Part shown: in pieces, positions 27,789-38,231 of the stretch
Position numbering within the stretch: position 1 is the stretch's first letter
Layout: each line of letters opens with the position of its first letter
Source of the DNA: an uncultured bacterium
GTDB lineage: Bacteria > Krumholzibacteriota > Krumholzibacteriia > Krumholzibacteriales > Krumholzibacteriaceae
Assembly: GCA_965371515.1 (NCBI GenBank)
Contig: CBDUYR010000002.1
Location: 60,151 to 124,150, forward strand
DNA length: 64,000 nucleotides
Direction of reading: 5' to 3'
Position numbers and translations under genes: made by a program
The notes under the pieces: model-generated
Told to the model about the DNA's origin: nothing
Seen by the model: only the letters and a program-made list of their open reading frames with translations
Database searches by the model: none

Positions 27789-30496
27789 CCGTGTGCCTCC
27801 AGCCAGTCGGCGCCGGTACCGACATCTACCTTCAGTGGAACGTCGAGCTCCAGGGCGGCCTCCATCTTCTCCCTTACAAGCTCGATCACCCGCTCCTTCT
27901 CGCCGAGCGGCACGTCGAATACAAGTTCGTCGTGGACCTGGAGTACCATCCTGGCCCCCAGTCCTTCCTCCGTGATCGCGGCATCGATATCTATCATCGC
28001 TATCTTGATCATGTCGGCGGCCGTACCCTGTATCGGCATGTTCACCGCGATCCGTTCGGCGAAGCTCCTCAGCCTGCCGTCGCCCGAATCTATCTCGGGG
28101 AGCGGGCGGCGCCTTCCGAGCAGCGTCTCCGAATAGCCCTTCTCCCTGGCGCTCTCCTTGGAGCTCTCTATGAAATCCCTGATCCCCGGATATTTATCGA
28201 AGTACTCGTCGATGAATCCCTTTGCCTCGTCGAAGGGAATCCTCAGCTGCTGGGAAAGCGCCCTCGGGCCCTGCCCGTACATCACCCCGAAGTTGATCGT
28301 CTTCGCTCCCGAGCGCATCTCGTGCGTCACTTCTTCCTCTGCTACCCCGAAGATCCTCGCCGCCGTGCGTGTGTGTATGTCGGCCTCTTCCCTGAAGGCA
28401 GCCACCAGTTCCGGATCTTTCGAGAGGTGCGCCATTATCCTCAACTCTATCTGCGAGTAGTCGGCGTCGACCAGTATATTGCCCTTCCGGGGCACGAAAG
28501 CCCCCCTGATCCGCCTCCCCATCTCTGTCCTGATCGGGATATTCTGCAGATTTGGATCGCTCGACGACAGGCGTCCGGTGGCCGTCACCGTCTGGTTGAA
28601 CGATGTGTGTATCCTTCCCGTCTTTCCGCTGACCAGTTTCGGCAGTGCATCGATATAGGTTCCGGCGAGCTTGGCAAGCTGCCTGTACTCGAGTATCAGG
28701 CCCGCAATCACGTTCTCTACCGCCAGTTCGGTAAGGACCCTGACGTCGGTCGACCAGCCCGTCTTCGTCTTCCTCGACGAAGGCAGCCCCAGTTTCTCGA
28801 AGAGGATATGCTGTAGCTGCTTCCCCGAGTTGATATTAAACGTCTCGCCGGCAAGGGCGTAGATCTCACCGGTTAGCCTGTCGACCTCGGTGGCGACCTT
28901 CCCGGAAAGCGCCTTCAACCTCTTCGTGTAGACTCCCATCCCCTCGAGCTCCATCCTCTTGAGGACGAAGCTCAGGGGCATCTCGATATCGGTGAAGAGC
29001 TTCCCCGCGTCGGTCCCTTCGAGGTCGGGCTCGAAGGACTCCCGCAGCCGGAGCGTAAAGTCGGCGTCCTCGCAGGCGTATTCTGTAAGCTTCCCGGGGG
29101 AGACCGTCCTGATATCCTTCGTCCGGTCGCCCTTCTCGAAGAGTTCCTTGTAAGGGATCATCCTGTGGCGGAAATAGTCCATCGCGAGGTTGTCGAGCGA
29201 ATGCGAGCGCCTCGACGGATCGATGCAGTACGACGCTATCATCGTGTCCCAGGTCACGTTTCCAACGGGCAGCCCGTGTGCCTCCAGTACCTTCAGATCG
29301 TACTTTATATTGTGCCCGGTCTTCTCCGTCGCATCGCTTTCCAGGACCGGGCCGAGCACCTCCCTCACCTTCTCCAGCGGAATGCCCGGGGAATCTCCTT
29401 CAATGTCGAAGAGCCCCGTAGTTTCCATTTGCTCACGTGACTCCACGGGAACGAAGAAGGCCCGTCCTTCCTCGCAGCAGAACGAGATCCCCACGAGTTC
29501 GGCCTCGAGAGGATCGAGAGACGTCGTCTCCGTATCCAGCGCGAAACCGCCCGCCTCGGTGAGGATGGAAGCAAGGTTCTGGAGACCCGCCTCGTCGACC
29601 ATGCTGTAATCAGCCGATGAGGCCGAAACGCTCCGCCCGAGATCGAGCTCCTTTATCACCTGGTTGAACTCAAGATCGAGAAGCATGTCGAGAAGGGCCT
29701 CGTCGTCCCTCTCCCTCTTCCCGAGCTGGTCAATGGTGACATCGAGTGGTACATCGATCAGGGTCACAAGATCCCTCGACATCAGCGCGTCCTCTCTGCC
29801 CGCTTCTATCTTCCTTCGCACGTGGGCCGGCTCGATCTCCCCGCTCCTCTCGAATATAGCGTCCAGTGAGCCGAAATCCTGGAGGAGCTTCAGCGCCGTC
29901 TTCTCGCCTATCCCCTTCACTCCGGGTATGTTGTCCACGCTGTCCCCCATCAGGGCGAGCAGATCGACGATCTGGTCCGGCCGGAGACCGTATTTCCGCG
30001 CGACCATGTCGGGGCCCGACACGTCGGCAAGATTGGTTCCCTTGCCGGGACGGATGATCCTGACCCGGTCGGAGAGAAGCTGGAAGAGATCCTTGTCACC
30101 CGACACTATCCTCACGTCCATACCGCTCGTCTCGGCCTCACCGGCAAGAGTGGCGATAATGTCGTCCGCCTCGTAACCCGGCTTTACGACGACCGGTATC
30201 CCCATCGCCTCGAGCATCTCGACGATAACGGGAAACTGGGGGGACAGATCGTCAGGCATCTCCTCCCTGTTCGCCTTGTAGTCGGAGTATTCCCTGTGGC
30301 GCCCGGTCTCCTCTTCGCTGTCGAATACGCAGACTAGCATCTCCGGATCGTAGCGCTCGACAAGCTGCAGAACCGTCCGCAGGAATCCGTATACTGCGCT
30401 GGTGTTCTCTCCGCGCGAGTTCGTCAGCGGATTTCGTATGAATGCGAAATACGACCTGTAGGCGATGGCGTGCCCGTCGATCAGGAATAGTGCCAT
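27785..30496 (-). CDS. polA: DNA polymerase I
   Basis: 5' nuclease (EADD, GDSVDNIPG), 3'-5' exonuclease (DTETT), polymerase (DYSQIELR, LQVHDEL). Confidence 0.97.
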   Translation of the reverse strand: MALFLIDGHAIAYRSYFAFIRNPLTNSRGENTSAVYGFLRTVLQLVERYDPEMLVCVFDSEEETGRHREYSDYKANREEMPDDLSPQFPVIVEMLEAMGIPVVVKPGYEADDIIATLAGEAETSGMDVRIVSGDKDLFQLLSDRVRIIRPGKGTNLADVSGPDMVARKYGLRPDQIVDLLALMGDSVDNIPGVKGIGEKTALKLLQDFGSLDAIFERSGEIEPAHVRRKIEAGREDALMSRDLVTLIDVPLDVTIDQLGKRERDDEALLDMLLDLEFNQVIKELDLGRSVSASSADYSMVDEAGLQNLASILTEAGGFALDTETTSLDPLEAELVGISFCCEEGRAFFVPVESREQMETTGLFDIEGDSPGIPLEKVREVLGPVLESDATEKTGHNIKYDLKVLEAHGLPVGNVTWDTMIASYCIDPSRRSHSLDNLAMDYFRHRMIPYKELFEKGDRTKDIRTVSPGKLTEYACEDADFTLRLRESFEPDLEGTDAGKLFTDIEMPLSFVLKRMELEGMGVYTKRLKALSGKVATEVDRLTGEIYALAGETFNINSGKQLQHILFEKLGLPSSRKTKTGWSTDVRVLTELAVENVIAGLILEYRQLAKLAGTYIDALPKLVSGKTGRIHTSFNQTVTATGRLSSSDPNLQNIPIRTEMGRRIRGAFVPRKGNILVDADYSQIELRIMAHLSKDPELVAAFREEADIHTRTAARIFGVAEEEVTHEMRSGAKTINFGVMYGQGPRALSQQLRIPFDEAKGFIDEYFDKYPGIRDFIESSKESAREKGYSETLLGRRRPLPEIDSGDGRLRSFAERIAVNMPIQGTAADMIKIAMIDIDAAITEEGLGARMVLQVHDELVFDVPLGEKERVIELVREKMEAALELDVPLKVDVGTGADWLEAHG

Positions 30497-30511
30497 CCCT
30501 GCCCTCCATGG

Positions 30512-31105
30512 TCAGATGTCAGAATACAGTCCCCTGGTTTCTATATACCGCTCGACCGGTCCAGGCACGAGGTACCTGATCGTCCGTCCCTCCCGGACCC
30601 GGCTCCTTATCTCACTCGCGGAGATCGTGTTGGAGCCCGTCTCGAGGATTATCACTGCCGCTCCGGCGGGAGGCGCGGGAAGATCGCCGCTGCCCGGACG
30701 TGTCATCGAGATTATCGTCGCGTTGTCGAATATCGCGTCGGGATTCCGCCACTTCCCCATCTCCGAGAGGGAGTCGCTGCCTACGATCAGGTGAAGCCGC
30801 TCCCTGCCGTACCCGGCGTTCGAGTAATGAAGTACCGATTCCCATGTATAGGATTGCCCTTCGGATCCCTCTATAAGGGAGAGCTCGAACAGTTCGTTCC
30901 CCTCGATTGCGAGGCGGACCATCGCGATGCGATCCTCGAAAGGTGAGAGCGTCCTGCCTGTCTTGTGCGGGGGTGCGGCTGTCGGCACGAAGAGTACCCT
31001 GTCCAGGCCGGCGAAATCAGCCGCCATCTGCGCGAGGATCAGGTGCCCGGTATGCACAGGATCGAAAGACCCCCCGAACAGTCCTATCCTTTCTTCGTCA
31101 GCCAC
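30512..31105 (-). CDS. nadD: Nicotinate-nucleotide adenylyltransferase
   Basis: GGSFDPVHTGH, PPHK, IVGSD, ISASEIR. Confidence 0.94.
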   Translation of the reverse strand: MADEERIGLFGGSFDPVHTGHLILAQMAADFAGLDRVLFVPTAAPPHKTGRTLSPFEDRIAMVRLAIEGNELFELSLIEGSEGQSYTWESVLHYSNAGYGRERLHLIVGSDSLSEMGKWRNPDAIFDNATIISMTRPGSGDLPAPPAGAAVIILETGSNTISASEIRSRVREGRTIRYLVPGPVERYIETRGLYSDI

Positions 31106-31883
31106 CAGAATTCTCTTTCGAAAGTTTCTTCAGCCGCGCCGAGGCCGATCTCTTCTCCGAGAAATCGTGCTTCGACCTTACGGCTCTGCTGTACGATTCC
31201 GCCGCTATGCCGTTCTCGCCATTCGCCTGCTGGATGTACCCGATGTAGTACCAGCTCCTGCCGGCCCACCGCGAATCGGGATACTGGTCGATTACTTTCC
31301 TGAAGTATATCTCCGCCGCACCGTAATGCTTCCTTTTGAAATATAACTTCGCGCTCTGATAGGCCTTCTTCCCGAGCACATCATGGATATCGTTCCGGAC
31401 CTTAAGGGCCTCTTCCTTGCGCGGACTGTCGGGGAAAATATCGAGGAAACGTTCGATCCGGGCAAGAGCCTCGTACGAATGGGTCTGGTCCCTTTCTGCC
31501 CTTTGCGTCATCTCGAAGGCGCACATACCCTCGAGGAAAAAAGCGTCGTCGACATACTCGCTGTATCCGTAATCCGCGATCAGTATCCTGTATTCGACGG
31601 AGGCGATGGCATACTCTCTGGCGCCCCTGTACGATTCTGCCAGCATGAACTGAGCGTAGTCGCCCCTCTCATCCCCGGCGAAGACGGCGAGGAAGTCCTT
31701 GTACTCCATCCCTGCCTGCGCATACTTCTTCCTCGCAAAGAAGTCGTCCGCGATCCGCAGCTTCTCGTCGGGAACGTTTACACTGCGGGTCGAGTACGGC
31801 CCGCCGCATGAGACGAGCGCAGACGCGCACACGATCAGGACAGCCAGTCCCCTAACGGAGGTTTTTCTTTCTCTCCGCTTCAA
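31098..31883 (-). CDS. bamD: Outer membrane protein assembly lipoprotein BamD
   Basis: LVSC lipobox, TPRs, RDQT..A, F...FPDS; start uncertain (TTG 31883 or 31913). Confidence 0.85.
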   Translation of the reverse strand: MKRRERKTSVRGLAVLIVCASALVSCGGPYSTRSVNVPDEKLRIADDFFARKKYAQAGMEYKDFLAVFAGDERGDYAQFMLAESYRGAREYAIASVEYRILIADYGYSEYVDDAFFLEGMCAFEMTQRAERDQTHSYEALARIERFLDIFPDSPRKEEALKVRNDIHDVLGKKAYQSAKLYFKRKHYGAAEIYFRKVIDQYPDSRWAGRSWYYIGYIQQANGENGIAAESYSRAVRSKHDFSEKRSASARLKKLSKENSGG

Positions 31884-32790
31884 TCCTCTCGATCCTTTCC
31901 TTGGCCTTTTCAACGAGCCTTCCGCTCGATCCGAGGTTAAGGTTCACGACTTCGGTGTAATAGCGCACGGCCATCGAGTAGTCCGCTCTCGATTCGTATA
32001 TCTCCGCAAGCAGGAAGTTGGCCTTCTCCCTGACGAGCGGATTTCCCGCCGTCGCCGCCAGTTCGCCGAGGATCCGTTCGGCCTCTTCGGGCTCACCGCC
32101 CGACAGCATCTCCCTGCCCGAATCGAGAAGGAGATTCTCGAGCTTCCACTGTGCCGTGCTTCTCATCCTGCTCTCGGGATACCGGTCCTGAAACTCCCTG
32201 TAGAGCTGGATCGCCTCGAGAGTATCGCCGTACCCCTCGTACGCAGCTCCCAGATCCATCATAACTACCGCGGCGCCGGCCGTGTCGGGATATTGCCCGA
32301 GGAAGACGGTATAGTAATCTATCGCCCCCCGGTAGTCCTTCCTGTCGAGCATCAGATCTCCGGCAATCCCGTTGAACCGGCCGAAATCGAGATCCTTCCC
32401 GTAGATCACCGCCTGGATGATGAACCGGCTTCCCTTCTTCACCAGTCCTTTTTCGAGATTCTCGAGTGCTTCGTCCCTCAGCACGCCGGCTATCATCGGG
32501 GCCCACGTCGAGTCGCTGCTGAACACCTCGGCGAAGCTGTCCGAGGCCTCGGCCTCTATATCGAGCTTCATATAAGATTTGCCTGTCAGGAAGAGGAGCT
32601 CAGGCGTACACTCGCCGCCCCGGCGAAAGTGAAGCCTCGTGATGAAAAGAGCCTCACGGAAGTTACCCTTCGCATATTCCTCCTCGGCCTGCTCGAACAC
32701 TGTTTTATTTCCGCACGAGGCCGCGGCAGTGGTCATCATGGCAAGCCCGAGGCATGCGAGCCTTCTGAAGTGACGTCGGAAGACTATCAT
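31852..32790 (-). CDS. TPR-repeat lipoprotein
   Basis: AASC lipobox and several TPR-like helical repeats (YP.T, YP.S turns). Confidence 0.75.
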   Translation of the reverse strand: MIVFRRHFRRLACLGLAMMTTAAASCGNKTVFEQAEEEYAKGNFREALFITRLHFRRGGECTPELLFLTGKSYMKLDIEAEASDSFAEVFSSDSTWAPMIAGVLRDEALENLEKGLVKKGSRFIIQAVIYGKDLDFGRFNGIAGDLMLDRKDYRGAIDYYTVFLGQYPDTAGAAVVMMDLGAAYEGYGDTLEAIQLYREFQDRYPESRMRSTAQWKLENLLLDSGREMLSGGEPEEAERILGELAATAGNPLVREKANFLLAEIYESRADYSMAVRYYTEVVNLNLGSSGRLVEKAKERIERIEAERKKNLR

Positions 32791-32802
32791 CCGCCTCCCG
32801 GT

Positions 32803-33492
32803 TCAGTTGGAATCCTGATTTGAGAAGAACAGGTATACCAGGCCCACGACGATCCCGGTGACGATGACAGGTTCGACGAACCTGCCCCACCGGATCTCGT
32901 CTCTGACCGGCATGGTGAAATCGTGCGCGGGATCCTCTACGCGTTCAAGCAGCGAATACGCAATCCTGTCCTCGTACTTCTTTTGTGACTCTCCGACCCA
33001 GACGATCTCGCCTGTAGCGGAATCGAGCAGTTTGGCGAATATGCCCACTTCGGCAAGCCTTTCGACCTCTTTCGCCCCGACCCAGTAACTCCGGCCGATG
33101 TCCGGGTACTTTATGGAGTAACTTATGATCTGGTAGGAAAACACGTATTCGGAGACCGCCTCCTGCTCAGTGTCCGCGGTCTTGGAGGCGATTCGAAGAC
33201 CTGCTTTCGTCATCTTCCTGACCAGTTCGTTCTCGAAGACGTTGTCGATGCCTGAGCTGATTCCCCCCTCTTTTCTGATAAGAAGGATGGTCTCTCTGGC
33301 GATCGAGGGCATGTTGCTGGTCAGTTCATCGAGAGCCTCACCGGCTATCTTCTCAAGGACCTCGTAGTTCGTTATCGTGTTTTCGCCGGTCCCATTGGGA
33401 GAGCTTACTGCAGGAAATGTCGTTATCAAAATGGCCAGACACAATATCGCTGCCATCCTGGCCAGAAATTTTTCGTCTCTGAAGCGATTCAC
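32803..33492 (-). CDS. Hypothetical exported protein with C-terminal hydrophobic segment
   Basis: GGAGG RBS and GTG start; N-terminal signal-like segment; C-terminal EPVIVTGIVVGLVYLFF. Confidence 0.7.
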   Translation of the reverse strand: MNRFRDEKFLARMAAILCLAILITTFPAVSSPNGTGENTITNYEVLEKIAGEALDELTSNMPSIARETILLIRKEGGISSGIDNVFENELVRKMTKAGLRIASKTADTEQEAVSEYVFSYQIISYSIKYPDIGRSYWVGAKEVERLAEVGIFAKLLDSATGEIVWVGESQKKYEDRIAYSLLERVEDPAHDFTMPVRDEIRWGRFVEPVIVTGIVVGLVYLFFSNQDSN

Positions 33493-33591
33493 GAAATACC
33501 TCCAATAGGGGCGTCCCGATCTGTTTATAAACGATACAGGCCGGAAAATTCCACCTTAACGCAGAAATAATCAGCATTTACGGAGTCAATG

Positions 33592-34905
33592 TCAAATGAA
33601 ATCTCCGGCGGGCCGGGCGAAAAGGTCGTACGCTTCGGATCGTTCCACGACGGCCCTTCCGATCGTCCCCGGAAGTGGTCCTGAACCCGCAAGCCAGGTT
33701 ATCCCGTCGATCTCGGGAGCCTGTCCGTACCACCGTCCCGACACGGCCGTTTCCGTCCGGGTATCGACGAGCACATCTATTTCTCTCCCCTCCATTTCGG
33801 CGAGGATATCGGCGGAAATGTCGAATTGAAGCGAAGCGAGTTCCTCGAGCCTCTCGCTTACAACCTCGTCCGGCACCCGGTCATCGAGACGCGAGGCGGG
33901 CGTACCGCGCTCCGGCGACCACCTGAATATACCAGCGTGGTCGAACCTGTACTCATCGATAAAGTCGACGAGGCGCCCGAAATCCTCTGCGGACTCGCCG
34001 GGGAATCCGGTCATCAGGGTCGTGCGTATCACGAGGTCCTCTACCGAGGATCTGAGGGTATCAAACATCCTGCGCAGGTCCCTCTCCGTATAACCTCTCC
34101 CCATCCGTAAGAGGACGGGGTCCGATACGTGCTGGATGGGGATATCGAGGTACGGTATCACCTTCGTCGACCTGATGATCCCGGAGAGATTCTCCGCATC
34201 GACACGCGCCGGATGGAGATACATGAGCCTTATCCAGTCGAGGCCGCCGATATCTGATATGTCTTCGAGAAGCGCCGGGAGGTCCTCACCGCTTCCCGTG
34301 TCTGTGCCCCAGGCGGTCGTATCCTGCGCGATGACGATCAGTTCCCTGACTCCTGCCCGAGCGAGCCGGGAAACCTCTTCCAGAATCCCTTCCCGCTTGC
34401 GGCTTGCCAGATCTCCCCTTATAGACGGGATCGTGCAGTAGCTGCACCTGTTCGAGCACCCCTCGGATATCTTCAGGTAGGCGGAGTGCGGCGGAGTGAA
34501 CAGCCTCCTTCCCGCCTCCCCCGGGACCGGACCGGCCACGGCGTCAGCCAGGCCGTCCATCGACTCAACGTCGAGAAATATATCAACCTCGGGCATGAGA
34601 CCCTCGAGTCTCGCGCCCTCCCTGGTGACAAGACATCCCAGCACCGCGAGGAGCTGCCAGTCCTCCCTCGCGGCGGCGATCTCCAGGATCTGCTCCACCG
34701 ATTCCTCTTCCGCCGCCTCGATGAAGGCACAGGTAGTCACGACGAGCAGCCCTGCCCCGGCTGGATCGACTGCCTCGGACCATCCCGCCGCCTCGAGGCG
34801 GGCCGCGACCCTTTCCGCATCCACCAGATTCTTGGGACAACCGAGATTGTAGAAATGGTAGGTCGCCGGACGGTCGATGTTATCTGCTTCCTTCGTATTC
34901 TTCAC
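33592..34905 (-). CDS. rimO: Ribosomal protein S12 methylthiotransferase
   Basis: LGCPKNLVD, TCAFI..A..ES, CSNRCSYC, IRLMYLHP, APEIDG; start uncertain. Confidence 0.93.
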   Translation of the reverse strand: MKNTKEADNIDRPATYHFYNLGCPKNLVDAERVAARLEAAGWSEAVDPAGAGLLVVTTCAFIEAAEEESVEQILEIAAAREDWQLLAVLGCLVTREGARLEGLMPEVDIFLDVESMDGLADAVAGPVPGEAGRRLFTPPHSAYLKISEGCSNRCSYCTIPSIRGDLASRKREGILEEVSRLARAGVRELIVIAQDTTAWGTDTGSGEDLPALLEDISDIGGLDWIRLMYLHPARVDAENLSGIIRSTKVIPYLDIPIQHVSDPVLLRMGRGYTERDLRRMFDTLRSSVEDLVIRTTLMTGFPGESAEDFGRLVDFIDEYRFDHAGIFRWSPERGTPASRLDDRVPDEVVSERLEELASLQFDISADILAEMEGREIDVLVDTRTETAVSGRWYGQAPEIDGITWLAGSGPLPGTIGRAVVERSEAYDLFARPAGDFI

Positions 34906-37057
34906 GACTGATGAGGACTTCCCGGGCCTTGCTGCCTTCAAAGGGGCCGACTACACCCGACTGTTCGAGCATGTCGATCAGCCTCGCCGCGCGGGCATAA
35001 CCGACGCGGAGACGGCGCTGGATCAGCGAAATCGAGCCCTGCTGGTGAATAATGACGAGCTCCCGCGCCTTTTCGAAGAGATCGTCGTCCACGTCGACGT
35101 CTTCCGAGTCTTCGCTCGCGGCCTTCTCTGAGAGGTCGATCTCCGCGCCCGGCCTGCCGAAATCCTTCCAGTAATCTGCGACGTTCTCCGCTTCCCTCTC
35201 TGAAATATAGGCGCCCTGGACCCGAACCGGCGAGGGGAGGTTCTTGGGCAGGTATAGCATGTCGCCATTGCCAAGCAGGGTCTCGGCGCCGTTCACGTCG
35301 AGGATCGTGCGCGAGTCGGTCTTCGATGTGACCTGGAAGGCTATCCTCGTCGGGAAGTTTGCCTTGATAAGGCCGGTTACCACATCTACCGAAGGCCTCT
35401 GCGTAGCGAATACCAGATGGATGCCTACGGCCCTGGCCATCTGGGAGAGCCTCGTGATAGGCGGGTATATCTCGTTGCCGAGCGAGACCATGAGGTCGGC
35501 CAGCTCGTCAATGATCGTCACGTAATAGGGCAGCCGGGTGAGCACCTCTTCCGTCTCCGGATGGTGGAGCTCTTCTGATTCGACTTTCCTGTTGAAGCTC
35601 TTGATGTTCTTTACCCCTAACTGGGCGAGGAGCCTGTATCGCCTGTCCATCTCTATGGTGAGCCAGTTGAGTACCTTCAGCGTCGGCCTCGCCTCTGTTA
35701 TCACCGGATGGAGGAGGTGCGGAATATCGTTGTAAGTGATCAGCTCCAGCCGCTTGGGATCAACGAGTATGAACCTGCAGGTCGCCGGTGTGTGCGTGAA
35801 GAGAAGCGAGCAGATGATCGAATTGATGCAGACGCTCTTCCCGCTCCCCGTCGCGCCGGCGATGAGGAGATGAGGCATGTCGGCGATGTCGGCATAGTAC
35901 GGCTCGCCTGTAACTGTCTTCCCGAGGACTACGGTCAGCCCATCTCGCCCCTCGGGGAAGAGCTCCATCATCTCCTTGAGAAGGACGAGCTTCGGCTCGG
36001 GGTTTGGGACCTCTATGCCGACGGCGCTCTTTCCCGGTATAGGCGCCTGTATCCTCAATGACCTCGCGGCAAGGGCCAGTGACAGGTCATCAGCCCTGTT
36101 GGCGATCTGGCTCACCCTGACTCCGGCCGCGGGTACGTACTCGAAGGTCGTCACGACAGGGCCTGGAAGCACCTTCTGGACCTTGCCCTTGAGGCCGTAG
36201 TCGAGAAGTTTCTCCTCGATCATCTCCGACCTCGCGATGAGGTCTTCCCTGCTGAACGTCACGGAGGACTCGTCGTAGTCGTCGAGCAGCGAAAGGTCAG
36301 GCAGCGGCGCGTTGTCGGCCGGTGTGGCCGCGGCGCCGGAAGGTCCCGGAGATCCTTCGGCTTTCTCTGTCGTTTTCCTGGTTTTCGGAGCTCGAGGCCG
36401 ACTCTCCGGGATATCGATGTATACCGGTTCTTCCTCGATATACGGCTCGGGCTCCCCGATCTCCTGTATCTCGGGCCCGGCAGCCGCCTTTTTCCTCTTC
36501 CTGTTTTTTGAACGCGGCTTTGCCGTCCTGCCGCCTCGGCTCAGCAGGGGGAACGAGGGCTTCGGGATTCTCAGACCTCCGGATCTCTCGACGGCGGTCC
36601 TGATGCGTCCGAAGAAGAGCGTAACGAGGGTGACGAGTAGTGCCGCGAAGAGAATCAGTATCGAGCCGGTCCTGCCGAGCAACAGTTCGAGAAATCCGAG
36701 CATCCCGGTCCCGGCAGCTCCCGCCGCTTCCCGCGCCCCGAAACCGGCAGTCATCGCCGACAGGATCATTGTCAACAACGCTCCCGATATGACGACGCGC
36801 TTCCTTTCCGAGAGGGCGCGTCCCGAAACGGTCAGCAGCCCCGTATAGAGGAGAACAAGCGGGACGATCCATGCAAATACCGATCCGAGGGACCATCTGA
36901 GCGAGATCACGAGCGTGGCCCCCACCGGTCCGCACCTGTTTCGTACGTTCATGTCGAACGCATTGTCCTCGCTGTCATGTGACTGCAGCGCGGCCCCGAC
37001 ATAGATCGCAGCAACTATGAGGATCAGGCCGACCGCTATCTTTTTCTTCCCTGGCAC
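34880..37057 (-). CDS. ftsK: DNA translocase FtsK
   Basis: N-terminal TM helices, GPVVT, PHLLIAGATGSGKS, IDELADLM, ATQRPS, gamma domain GY.RAAR. Confidence 0.95.
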   Translation of the reverse strand: MPGKKKIAVGLILIVAAIYVGAALQSHDSEDNAFDMNVRNRCGPVGATLVISLRWSLGSVFAWIVPLVLLYTGLLTVSGRALSERKRVVISGALLTMILSAMTAGFGAREAAGAAGTGMLGFLELLLGRTGSILILFAALLVTLVTLFFGRIRTAVERSGGLRIPKPSFPLLSRGGRTAKPRSKNRKRKKAAAGPEIQEIGEPEPYIEEEPVYIDIPESRPRAPKTRKTTEKAEGSPGPSGAAATPADNAPLPDLSLLDDYDESSVTFSREDLIARSEMIEEKLLDYGLKGKVQKVLPGPVVTTFEYVPAAGVRVSQIANRADDLSLALAARSLRIQAPIPGKSAVGIEVPNPEPKLVLLKEMMELFPEGRDGLTVVLGKTVTGEPYYADIADMPHLLIAGATGSGKSVCINSIICSLLFTHTPATCRFILVDPKRLELITYNDIPHLLHPVITEARPTLKVLNWLTIEMDRRYRLLAQLGVKNIKSFNRKVESEELHHPETEEVLTRLPYYVTIIDELADLMVSLGNEIYPPITRLSQMARAVGIHLVFATQRPSVDVVTGLIKANFPTRIAFQVTSKTDSRTILDVNGAETLLGNGDMLYLPKNLPSPVRVQGAYISEREAENVADYWKDFGRPGAEIDLSEKAASEDSEDVDVDDDLFEKARELVIIHQQGSISLIQRRLRVGYARAARLIDMLEQSGVVGPFEGSKAREVLISREEYEGSR

Positions 37058-37122
37058 CCTGGCTCCATCGATGTAAAAGACAGAATCACTGGAAGCTGCC
37101 GCCGCTCACATAAACCTTTTTC

Positions 37123-38202
37123 TCAAGCGTCAGCCTTTTCTTTCCTTTTTCTATCAATGATCTCCCGGAAGGTAAAGCAGTTTTTAACCGGATCGCCTGT
37201 CAGGACAGCCGAGATGACAGCAAGCCCGTCCGCCCCAGCGTCGAGGACGCTGCGGGCGTTCTCCGGCCCTATTCCGCCTATCGCGACTATCGGAAGGCCT
37301 GTCGAACGCCTGGCCGACGCGAGTGCATCGAGCCCCACGGCAATCTCATCGCCCTTCGTAAAAGTCGGGAAAACCGCCCCCACGGCGACATAATCGAGAA
37401 CATCTACAGGAGCCGCGGCGATGTCTCCGGGCGAGCGCACGCTAAGCCCGATGATTCGCGCGGGACCCAGCATCGCCCTGGCCTCGGAAGGATCGGCGTC
37501 GGACGAACCCAGATGGACCCCTCCCGCCCCGGTCTCGGCTGCCAGCTCGGGGAGATCGTTGACAATGAGGGGGATACCTGCCTTCTCCGCTATTGGTATG
37601 ACTGCAGCGAGATCGCGCCGCATGGCGGAGACGGAGATATCCTTCGCCCTGTACTGGATCATGCCGCTCCCGCCCTCGACGAGTGCGGCGGCCGCGCCTG
37701 CCACTTCGCCTTCCGCCACGATCGACCTGTCGATGAATGTGTATAGGAAAGGAAGTTCCGGAAAGGGCCGGTCCGGCGTACCGGCCGCCACGAAAACCTT
37801 CTCCAGCTCATAGACCCTGAATCGCAGGCCCTTCGCTATCCGTGCCCCGTCGGGACTGACGAGCTTGCCGAATTCCTCGATCACCCTCAGTCCCTCTTCC
37901 GCCCTGAAGAAATTGGCTCGTGCCGTTCCGGCCAGCGATTCCCGCCTCTCTTCAGACGGTGTGGAGAACTTTCCCCCCACATCCCCGGCGCTGTCGCGGA
38001 AACGGGTCGTGTCGGACGAAAACATGCCGGAAAGCGCCCTTATCTCGTGCCGGAGCTCCTTGGCAATCCTCGTCAATCCCTCAGCCCCAAAGACAAACCT
38101 GGCAATCTCCTCGACGACCCTGATACCCTCGGCGCACCTGTTGATGTTGGCATCGATTATCCTCAGAACGACGGCATCGTTTTCGGGGTGATTATCGAGC
38201 AT
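37123..38202 (-). CDS. thiE: Thiamine-phosphate synthase with extra N-terminal helical domain
   Basis: RIIDANINR..EGIRVVEE repeat, then QYRAK, IVND, GVHLG, FPT.TK, AIGGI. Confidence 0.9.
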   Translation of the reverse strand: MLDNHPENDAVVLRIIDANINRCAEGIRVVEEIARFVFGAEGLTRIAKELRHEIRALSGMFSSDTTRFRDSAGDVGGKFSTPSEERRESLAGTARANFFRAEEGLRVIEEFGKLVSPDGARIAKGLRFRVYELEKVFVAAGTPDRPFPELPFLYTFIDRSIVAEGEVAGAAAALVEGGSGMIQYRAKDISVSAMRRDLAAVIPIAEKAGIPLIVNDLPELAAETGAGGVHLGSSDADPSEARAMLGPARIIGLSVRSPGDIAAAPVDVLDYVAVGAVFPTFTKGDEIAVGLDALASARRSTGLPIVAIGGIGPENARSVLDAGADGLAVISAVLTGDPVKNCFTFREIIDRKRKEKADA

Positions 38203-38231
38203 GGCGATTCTTCCTGGAAAAATCCCCGGAA

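Noticed and set aside
33520..33552. GGAAT..GTT ECF-like motif upstream of the 32803..33492 gene
   Set aside because: The spacer is 15 nt and the -10 differs from the GGAAC-N17-GTAG motif; too weak to call.
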